Below are positions 34,507 through 41,290 of a stretch of 41,290 bases of DNA, in pieces (positions within the stretch are counted from its first letter, which is position 1; each line of letters begins with the position of its first letter). Position numbers and translations under genes: made by a program. Origin of the DNA: Chloroflexota bacterium (GTDB taxonomy: Bacteria; Chloroflexota; Anaerolineae; B4-G1). The notes below the pieces were generated by a model, which did not search any database, had not been told where the DNA came from, and saw only the letters and a program-made list of their open reading frames with translations. The stretch spans positions 1 to 41,290 of the forward strand of contig DSDT01000334.1 in NCBI GenBank assembly GCA_011048615.1, in the 5' to 3' direction.

Positions 34507-35678
34507 ATCGGCCGGTCCAGCAGCGGCTTGACCGGCGCGTCCTGGAGCGCATCCTCCAGGCAGCGGATGTCACAGCGCTCTCCGGATCCGAATTGACGGG
34601 GTTGTTCGAGGCAGAGTTGGGGGGGATGCCCTTCTTGCCCGATGGGGTGTACCAGCTCGATCCTCGGAATGGAGAGCGCATCCTGTTCAATGCATCGCGC
34701 TCCCGGCGGCCCCACGATCATGCGAGTCCGCGGAGCTCCATCCCCGGTGCGACGACGGAGCCAGCGTGCGTGATCTGCGAGGGGCGCACCACCGGTGTGG
34801 TCGACGTCGCTGCTCTGAGCGAGGGGTTCACGTTCATCAACAAGAACCTGTACCCTATCCTGTACCCCGCCCGGCCCTGCCGTTTCGACGATCCCCTGAA
34901 GAGGCCTTCTGCCTGCCCGACTTCTCGCAGCCGCCCGGCCTGCGGTCTGCACTTTATCCAGTGGACCTCCTCGTGGCACCATCGAGACTGGCACAATATG
35001 CCTGTTTCCGATCTAGAGATCGTCGTGGGGCGGTTGGCGGCCCTGGAACAGGCGCTGCTGTTCAACGGTTGGGGGGCAGAGTCAGATCGAGAGCTGGAGC
35101 AGAACGGGATGGACCGCCGGCCGCAGGGATTCGTCTCCATCGTCAAAAACTATGGCTGTCTGGTCGGCTGTTCCATCGCCCACGGACATCAGCAGATCGC
35201 GTGTAGCAACGTCGCCCCGCGACGTATTTGGGACAACCGGCGGTTTGAGGAGGCGCATGGGGAGGTCTTTTCCTCATACCTGATGCGCGAGAACCCGGCG
35301 GAGCTGGTCATCCGGGACTATGGCCCGGCCGTGCTGCTGGTGCCGTATTTTATGCGCCGATCCTATGACATGATGTTGTTGATCCGTGATTTTGACAAGG
35401 GTTATCTCTACCAGTTGAGTGGGGCCGAGTTAGGGGCGGTGGCCAAAGGGTGGCGGGATGCGATTCGGGCGATGCATCGAATCATGCCAGGGCTGGGCCG
35501 TGAAATCGCGTACAACGTGGTGACCCACAACGGCCCTGGGGCCGGTCTCTACTTTGAGTTTCTTCCCTATACCCAGGAGAGCGGTGGATTTGAGCACCTG
35601 GGACTCTACATCTGCCAGGCGGATGCACGGGACGCCGCTCGTTGCCTGCGCGAGGATTTGGAATCAGAGGCAGATTGA
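34503..35678 (+). CDS. GalT-like HIT-superfamily nucleotidyltransferase/phosphorylase (DUF4921-like)
   Basis: 391 aa. Zn-knuckle-like CVICEG, then HFIQWTSSWHH, then the active-site-like SIAHGHQQIA (compare GalT HPHGQ). Confidence 0.65.
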   Translation: MNRPVQQRLDRRVLERILQAADVTALSGSELTGLFEAELGGMPFLPDGVYQLDPRNGERILFNASRSRRPHDHASPRSSIPGATTEPACVICEGRTTGVVDVAALSEGFTFINKNLYPILYPARPCRFDDPLKRPSACPTSRSRPACGLHFIQWTSSWHHRDWHNMPVSDLEIVVGRLAALEQALLFNGWGAESDRELEQNGMDRRPQGFVSIVKNYGCLVGCSIAHGHQQIACSNVAPRRIWDNRRFEEAHGEVFSSYLMRENPAELVIRDYGPAVLLVPYFMRRSYDMMLLIRDFDKGYLYQLSGAELGAVAKGWRDAIRAMHRIMPGLGREIAYNVVTHNGPGAGLYFEFLPYTQESGGFEHLGLYICQADARDAARCLREDLESEAD

Positions 35679-35703
35679 CGACCGATTCGATTTGCTGTAC
35701 AAT
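35675..35703 (+). promoter_or_regulatory. Internal promoter TTGACG-17-TACAAT ahead of the SPS gene
   Basis: TTGACG at 35675-35680 overlaps the GalT-like stop. A 17-nt spacer precedes TACAAT at 35698-35703. GAGGGGGA RBS and ATG 35731 follow. Confidence 0.5.
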
Positions 35704-35730
35704 TCATCTTTCGTGACGAGGGGGATAGAT

Positions 35731-37215
35731 ATGCACATCGCGTTTATAAACCCACAGGGGAATTTCGATCCTCAGGATCGGTATTGGACGGAACATCCTG
35801 ACTTTGGTGGTCAGTTGGTCTATGTGAAGGAAGTCTCCCTGGCGCTGGGACGGATGGGTCACCAGGTGGATATTCTCACCCGCCGCATCGTGGATCCCGA
35901 GTGGCCTGGCTTTGAGGAGACGCTGGACGCTTATCCCGGTGAAAAGAACGTTCGGATTGTGCGGTTGCCCTGTGGGGGCGACCGTTTTTTGCGCAAGGAA
36001 GAGTTGTGGCCCTACCTGGGCAGCGAATGGGTCCCAAACATTCTGAAATTCTACGCTGAGGAGAAGGGCATCCCGGAGGCAGCCACGGCCCATTACGGGG
36101 ATGGGGCGCTTTCAGGGGCGCTCCTGAAGCGGGAGATGAATATCCCCTACACGATGACGGGTCATTCGTTGGGGGCGCAAAAGATGGACAAATTGGGCGT
36201 TACTCGCGATAATCTGGCCGCGATTGATGCCCGGTTTCATTTTGCGCGGCGGATCGTGGCCGAACGGGTCGGCATGAACCACGCCAGCCGCATCATCACG
36301 TCCACTACCCAGGAGCGGATGGAGCAGTATGGTCATCCCGCCTATCGTGGCGCGGTGGATACCCGGGACGACGAGCGGTTTACCGTTGTCCCGCCGGGGG
36401 TCAATCTGCGGATCTTTTCTCCCGATCTGGGAGCTGATGACGTCAAAGTACAGCGGCGTATCAAGGCGGCCATGATACGCGACATCGCCCAGGTCCGCCG
36501 GCAGCTTCCTCTGGTGATCGCGTCCAGCCGTCTGGATGCGAAAAAGAATCACGTGGGATTGGTGCGGGCGTTCATCCACAATCAGGACCTGCGCGCCCGC
36601 GCCAACCTGGCGATCGTGGTGCGAGGTCTCCAGGATCCGCTCCACCGGTACGATGCTCTCAGCGTCGGGGAAAAGGCGATTATGGACGAAATCACAGAGC
36701 TGATGGCGGCCCACAATCTGTGGGGCAAGATCGTGGCCTTTCCCCTCGACAGTCAGGCGGAATTGGCGGCTGCTTATCGCTACCTGGCCCAGCGACGATC
36801 GGTCTTTGCCCTGACGGCCCTGTACGAGCCGTTTGGCCTGGCTCCACTGGAGGCGATGAGCTGCGGCCTGCCGGCGGTGGTGACCAAGAACGGCGGCCCG
36901 TCGGAGAGCATGTGGGAGGGTGCGCAAGAGTTTGGCGTCTTGGTGGACCCGGCCGATCCGGATGACGTGGCCCGGGGACTGCTGCGGGTGATCAAATCGG
37001 AGCGGGTGTGGAACTATTTCCACCGGGCCGGGATGGAGCGGGTGTTGTCTCGTTACACCTGGGAGCGCACCGCCGAGGGCTACTTGAGGGTGATCGAGAG
37101 TTTGTTGGCGGGGAAAGGGCACACCGGAGACCTCGAGATTCCCGCCTACTTTTTCCAGCCGGACCAAGATATTTCGCTCTCCGATCTGGAGGCGCTCTAT
37201 TTCGAAGCTGTCTGA
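35731..37215 (+). CDS. sps: Sucrose-phosphate synthase-type GT4 glycosyltransferase (glucosyltransferase domain only, no SPP domain)
   Basis: From ATG 35731: MHIAFINPQGNFDPQDRYWTEHPDFGGQLVYVKEVSLALGRMGHQVDILT..., HSLGAQK, EPFGLAPLEAMSCGLPAVVTKNGGP. 494 aa, the same size class as single-domain bacterial SPS. Confidence 0.8.
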   Translation: MHIAFINPQGNFDPQDRYWTEHPDFGGQLVYVKEVSLALGRMGHQVDILTRRIVDPEWPGFEETLDAYPGEKNVRIVRLPCGGDRFLRKEELWPYLGSEWVPNILKFYAEEKGIPEAATAHYGDGALSGALLKREMNIPYTMTGHSLGAQKMDKLGVTRDNLAAIDARFHFARRIVAERVGMNHASRIITSTTQERMEQYGHPAYRGAVDTRDDERFTVVPPGVNLRIFSPDLGADDVKVQRRIKAAMIRDIAQVRRQLPLVIASSRLDAKKNHVGLVRAFIHNQDLRARANLAIVVRGLQDPLHRYDALSVGEKAIMDEITELMAAHNLWGKIVAFPLDSQAELAAAYRYLAQRRSVFALTALYEPFGLAPLEAMSCGLPAVVTKNGGPSESMWEGAQEFGVLVDPADPDDVARGLLRVIKSERVWNYFHRAGMERVLSRYTWERTAEGYLRVIESLLAGKGHTGDLEIPAYFFQPDQDISLSDLEALYFEAV

Positions 37216-37231
37216 AGGAGGGGCGAACGAG

Positions 37232-38209
37232 ATGAAAATTCCCCAGGGTGATCTGGACGTGCTTGCCGTTGGAGAGGTGTTGGTTGATTTTATCTCGACC
37301 GAGGAGACGGATTGGCTGCGCAATGCGTACACGTTTCGCAAATACCAGGGTGGTTCGCCTGCCAACATTGCCGTTTACGTGGGAAAACTGGGCGGGCAGG
37401 CGGCCATCGCAGCCAAGACCGGCATTGGTGCGATGGGCCAGTTCATCAAATCGGAGCTACAGCGGGCCGGCGTGATCACCGATTATCTGGTGATGGACCA
37501 TCGCGTGCACACCAGTGTCGTCTTTGTCTCGCGGACCGCCCGCACGGCCGATTTCGAGGCCTTTCGGAGCGGGGATTTCATGCTAGAGCCGAGCGAGATC
37601 AGCGAGGAGGCCATCGAACGGGCCAGGGTCATCCACGCCTCCACCTGGGCGCTATCTCGTGAACCGTGCCGCTCGGCAGTGGAGCGGGCCTTCCAGGTGG
37701 CCCGAAAGCAGGGCAAGATCATCTCTCTGGACCCCAATTACAGCCCGGCGATTTGGCCAGACTATCGGGAGGGGATGGAGGTCCTGCGGCGGCTGCTGAG
37801 TTACGCGACGATCACCAAGCCATCCCGCGACGACGCCGCCCGCATCTTTGGGCGCGACCGGCCAGCGGAAGAGTACATCCGCCTCTTTCACGAGATGGGC
37901 CCCGAGATCGTTGTTTTCACGATGGGTGCCGATGGTGTGCTGCTCTCCTCCCAGGGCAGCATCACCCACATCCCAGCCCGTCCTATCCGGGCGGTCGACG
38001 CCACCGGGGCCGGCGACTCGTTCTGGGCTGGCTTTCTGGTCGCTCTGCTGGACGGAAATCCGCTGGAGCGGTGCGCCCTCTTTGCCCGCGAGATCGTGGA
38101 GCGCAAACTGACCACTGTCGGTCCCCTGCCGGACAATATTGATCGCCAGAAGGTATACGATCGAGTTGACGCGGCTGTTCAAGCGATTGAAGGAGAACCG
38201 AAAGGATGA
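37232..38209 (+). CDS. PfkB-family sugar kinase (fructokinase-like)
   Basis: 325 aa. GGSPANIAVYVGKLGG near the N-terminus and DATGAGDSFWAGFL (PfkB signature 2). Confidence 0.88.
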   Translation: MKIPQGDLDVLAVGEVLVDFISTEETDWLRNAYTFRKYQGGSPANIAVYVGKLGGQAAIAAKTGIGAMGQFIKSELQRAGVITDYLVMDHRVHTSVVFVSRTARTADFEAFRSGDFMLEPSEISEEAIERARVIHASTWALSREPCRSAVERAFQVARKQGKIISLDPNYSPAIWPDYREGMEVLRRLLSYATITKPSRDDAARIFGRDRPAEEYIRLFHEMGPEIVVFTMGADGVLLSSQGSITHIPARPIRAVDATGAGDSFWAGFLVALLDGNPLERCALFAREIVERKLTTVGPLPDNIDRQKVYDRVDAAVQAIEGEPKG

Positions 38210-38853
38210 TTGGTGACAAACTGATTATCGAACAACATCACACCGACCGGGCCAGCGAGATCTGCGACCTGTTGATGGACCGTCTGCAGGGCAAGTTTGC
38301 CCTCACTGTGGCGGGCGAGTCGGGGGCCGGCAAATCCGAGTTAGCCTCCGAGATCGCTCGCCTGCTGACGGCGCGCGGCATCCAGGTGGGCATTTTGCAG
38401 CAGGATGATTATTTCGTCTTTCCGCCCCAGACCAACCACGAGATGCGCCGCCGCAACCTGGAGCAAGTCGGACCTTACGAGGTCAAGCTCGATTTTCTCG
38501 ATTCCAACCTGCGCTCTTTCAAGCGGGGGGAGAACCCCATCTACAAGCCGCTGGTCGTCTACGAGGAGGACCGCATCACCCACGAGGAGCTGGATACCAG
38601 CGACCTGCAGGTGTTGATTGCCGAGGGGACGTACACCTCTCTGCTCGAGTTTGCCGATTTTCGGGTCTTTATTGATCGGGACTATCGCGCGACTCTGGAG
38701 GCTCGCAAACGACGCGCCAGGGACAAGTTCGAGCCGTTCGTCGTGGACGTGTTGGAGCGCGAGCACCAGATCATCGCTCAGCACAAAGCTCTGGCCGACG
38801 CGGTCGTATCCCCGGCTTTCGACCGCATCGTTGTGCGGGAGGTCGAGGGATGA
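38206..38853 (+). CDS. Uridine kinase / phosphoribulokinase-family P-loop kinase
   Basis: 215 aa. The P-loop is VAGESGAGKSELA, followed by QQDDYF and IAEGTY...FIDRDY. ATGA overlaps occur at both ends (38206-38209 and 38850-38853). Confidence 0.7.
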   Translation: MIGDKLIIEQHHTDRASEICDLLMDRLQGKFALTVAGESGAGKSELASEIARLLTARGIQVGILQQDDYFVFPPQTNHEMRRRNLEQVGPYEVKLDFLDSNLRSFKRGENPIYKPLVVYEEDRITHEELDTSDLQVLIAEGTYTSLLEFADFRVFIDRDYRATLEARKRRARDKFEPFVVDVLEREHQIIAQHKALADAVVSPAFDRIVVREVEG

Positions 38854-40625
38854 ACGGTTTGCCCCAGAGTGAGCCGGGAAAGGGACAACGCACGATTGTC
38901 TTTGTCACCTTTGAGACTGAATTTGCCAAATCGGGAGGGCTGGGCGCTGTCATGGGCATGTTGCCCCAGCGCATGGCACAGCACGAGGCCTGTTTCACCA
39001 TCGCGCCCCATTTCAGCCGGATCACGAATCTGGGCCGGCTGGCCGAACAGAACAAGATCCGGTCGTTTTCGAACCGGGCCTCGTTTCCCCTCTCGGTGGG
39101 AGGAGAGACCTACTCCGTCGCCCTGGTCGAGGTCGTGGGGCGGGATGGATTCAGGACGTACCTGCTTTCGGCCGAGGGTTTTTTCACCGCGCCAGTGGAC
39201 CCGTACACCAACCTGCGCGACCCGACCAGGCCGATGGACCCGTACGCCAACCCGATCCTCCCCGCCAGATTGACCGAGGACGCCCTGTTCTTTTGCGCGG
39301 CAGTGCCCCCAGCTCTGGCTGCATTGAAGCGGGTGGACGACGTGGTCCTGCACCTCCAGGACTGGGAGACGGCCTGCGTCGCTCGAGCCTGGAGATTGAG
39401 CCCGGACGTGCGGCCGGCGACGTGTGTGCTCACGCTTCACAATCCCTACGACCGGTACCTGGGTGGGGTGGACTCGGACGTGGCGGCGGCGTTGATCTCG
39501 CATCTCCGGCTGAACGAGGAGAACGTGCTGACTCAGATGATCCCGCTGATGGACGGGCCGATCTCGACGGTATCCGAGACCTTTGCGCGGGAATTGGTGC
39601 GCGATCCCTTGCACACGCAGGTATTTGCCCCCCATCTGCAGCATTTGCTGACCGACAAGGGGGTGGTGGGCGTTGACAACGGCCTCTTTGGCGAGCTGGC
39701 ATTTCCGTTCTCGCCGGCGGCACGCGACCAGGCCGAGCAGTCCGACTTTACGGCTATCCAGCAGGAAAAGTGGGATCGGCGCCAGACGCTGGCCGAGGTT
39801 CTCGACGCGTACCAGCGGGAATTGGCCCAGGCCGCCGATCCCAACCGGGAGGCGTGGGGAGACGACCTTGACCTCTCCGATCCCTGGAAACCGGTCTTCC
39901 TGGTGATGGGCCGGGACGACCCGCGTCAAAAGGGGTTCGACGTCATCGTCGAGGCGATTCGGCACCTGCCCCGAGACAGCGCGCGGTACATCTTTACGCC
40001 GATGCCCGGCGCTGAAGGTCTGATGGGGCTAGAGTTTCTCCGCCGCCTGGCCCTCGACCGGCCGGGCGAAGTGAAGGTGTTTCCGTTCCGATTGTCCTTC
40101 GATGCGTTCAAGGCGTTGCAGAACGGCAGCTCTTATATGGTGATGGGCTCCCTCTACGAGCCTTTCGGGGCGGCGACCGAGGCGTACCTGGCTGGTATGC
40201 CGGTCGTGGCGCGGGCCACCGGCGGCCTGGTGCAGCAGGTCGTTCCCTACTCCAACGTCGGCTTGAGCCGATTTGGCCAGGACCTGGTGGACTCGTTTCA
40301 CAGCTTGGATGATCCCCCGACCGGATTTCTCTTCCGCGAGCCCTCCGTTCCCGAGAACGTGCAGGGCTGGAGAAAGATCGTGGACTGCGCCTACTGGAAT
40401 CAGGAGCCCAAGGGGGATCGCATCGCGGACCGGCGTGGGACGGCGCTATTCGACGGGATGGTATCCGGTGCGGCCGAGGCGCTGGGAGCGGCCATACAAC
40501 TTTACGTCTCGGATCAGGCTCGCTACGCCGAGATGATCTATCGTGGGTTTCTGATGTTGGAACGCTTTAGTTGGGAGCGGGCTGTTTCGACCTATCGGCG
40601 CCTCTACGATCAGGCGTATGGTTAG
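38850..40625 (+). CDS. GT5 glycogen/starch-synthase-like glucosyltransferase (long form, 591 aa)
   Basis: N-terminal IVFVTFETEFAKSGGLGAVMGMLP (K-x-GGL motif) and C-terminal GSLYEPFGAATEAYLAGMPVVARATGGLVQQV. Confidence 0.75.
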   Translation: MNGLPQSEPGKGQRTIVFVTFETEFAKSGGLGAVMGMLPQRMAQHEACFTIAPHFSRITNLGRLAEQNKIRSFSNRASFPLSVGGETYSVALVEVVGRDGFRTYLLSAEGFFTAPVDPYTNLRDPTRPMDPYANPILPARLTEDALFFCAAVPPALAALKRVDDVVLHLQDWETACVARAWRLSPDVRPATCVLTLHNPYDRYLGGVDSDVAAALISHLRLNEENVLTQMIPLMDGPISTVSETFARELVRDPLHTQVFAPHLQHLLTDKGVVGVDNGLFGELAFPFSPAARDQAEQSDFTAIQQEKWDRRQTLAEVLDAYQRELAQAADPNREAWGDDLDLSDPWKPVFLVMGRDDPRQKGFDVIVEAIRHLPRDSARYIFTPMPGAEGLMGLEFLRRLALDRPGEVKVFPFRLSFDAFKALQNGSSYMVMGSLYEPFGAATEAYLAGMPVVARATGGLVQQVVPYSNVGLSRFGQDLVDSFHSLDDPPTGFLFREPSVPENVQGWRKIVDCAYWNQEPKGDRIADRRGTALFDGMVSGAAEALGAAIQLYVSDQARYAEMIYRGFLMLERFSWERAVSTYRRLYDQAYG

Positions 40626-40661
40626 CCCGAGGGAGTGACATATCTGCTAGGAGGAGAATCT

Positions 40662-41290
40662 GTGTACGTCGAACCTGCTTTATTATCGGACAAGATCCCG
40701 TCCCGTGTGGCGCGGTTGGAGGAGCTGGCCTACAATTTTTGGTGGAGCTGGCATCGCGAGTCCCGCGATCTGTTCAAGATGCTGGACTATTCGTTGTGGC
40801 GTAGTACGGGCCACAACCCGGTCCGGATGCTGCAAGAGATGGCAGGGGATCACTTGGCGGAAGTGTGCGCCGATCCGCTCTTTCTCCGCCAGTATGACGC
40901 AACTCTGATGGCCCTCGACCGGGATATGGGAAACGGCCATTTGTGGTTCCCAGAGCAGTACCCTGAGCTGGTGGAGCGTCAGGTGGCCTATTTCTCGGCC
41001 GAGTTTGGGTTGCATCAATCGCTGCCTATCTACTCGGGGGGATTGGGGGTGCTGGCCGGGGATCATTGCAAGGAGGCCAGCGATATCGGGTTGCCCTTTG
41101 TAGCAGTGGGTTTTCTCTACGAGATGGGGTATTTTCGCCAACACATCACCGCCGATGGATGGCAGGAGGCGATTTACCCCCGCTTCATTCCACGCGAGGT
41201 TGCCATCCGCGAGGTGCTGACGGGAGAGGGCGAGAGTCTCTACGTCCCGATCGAGGTCGGAGACCGCACGATCCACTTGCAAGTCTGGCA
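40662..41290 (+). CDS. glgP: Alpha-glucan phosphorylase (GlgP family), 5' part; continues beyond the window end
   Basis: Own translation from GTG 40662 (AGGAGGA RBS at 40649): VYVEPALLSDKIPSRVARLEELAYNFWWSWHRESRDLFKMLDYSLWRSTGHNPVRML...YFSAEFGLHQSLPIYSGGLGVLAGDHCKEASDIGLPFVAVGFLYEMGYFRQ... The frame is open to 41290. Confidence 0.85.
   Translation, partial: MYVEPALLSDKIPSRVARLEELAYNFWWSWHRESRDLFKMLDYSLWRSTGHNPVRMLQEMAGDHLAEVCADPLFLRQYDATLMALDRDMGNGHLWFPEQYPELVERQVAYFSAEFGLHQSLPIYSGGLGVLAGDHCKEASDIGLPFVAVGFLYEMGYFRQHITADGWQEAIYPRFIPREVAIREVLTGEGESLYVPIEVGDRTIHLQVW

Noticed and set aside
1-41290. Search for CRISPR arrays, tRNA/rRNA genes, transposases, integrases, reverse transcriptases and toxin-antitoxin pairs
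   Set aside because: No regularly spaced direct repeats, tRNA-like T-arm/acceptor patterns, DDE/tyrosine-recombinase motifs or RT motifs were seen in any frame. The only repeats are the short promoter and hairpin motifs reported above.

Overview
High-GC (roughly 60-65%) bacterial chromosomal segment. Gene content and the recurring TGGTA(G/C)AAT extended -10 promoters suggest a Chloroflexota-like organism, but that is inference only. I support about 33 protein genes and found no rRNA, tRNA, CRISPR array or recognisable transposase.

Layout:
- 1-11226, minus strand: DUF4126 membrane protein, HAMP adenylate cyclase, polyphosphate glucokinase, a frameshifted PAS-GAF histidine kinase, exonuclease-DinG helicase, DJ-1/PfpI, FAD-linked oxidase, HAD nucleotidase.
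- 11308-20389, plus strand: M48 protease, then a tight operon of a dCache-HAMP-GAF sensor, a 1137-aa transporter-like/HEAT/cNMP-binding protein, an isopropylmalate-synthase-like enzyme and a ketopantoate-reductase-like enzyme.
- 20557-26236: a zinc-ribbon/PRiA4_ORF3-like protein, then a tightly packed four-gene module. It encodes a ParA/MinD-like ATPase with an Arg-substituted signature lysine, a 71-aa Cys-rich zinc ribbon, a 124-aa winged-helix protein and a 1171-aa tandem-cyclase STAND ATPase. This is my best candidate for an undescribed system.
- 26352-27727: a Rieske protein, a GNAT remnant, DUF4345, and a 500-bp structured non-coding region.
- 27728-41290: a LacI-headed carbohydrate island. 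It holds a PspC-fused ABC permease pair with no binding protein or ATPase, TreT, two SPS-like GT4 enzymes, a GalT-like HIT enzyme, a PfkB kinase, a uridine-kinase-like protein, a GT5 glucan synthase-like protein and an alpha-glucan phosphorylase.

All functional calls rest on motif and family recognition by eye. No database search was run.
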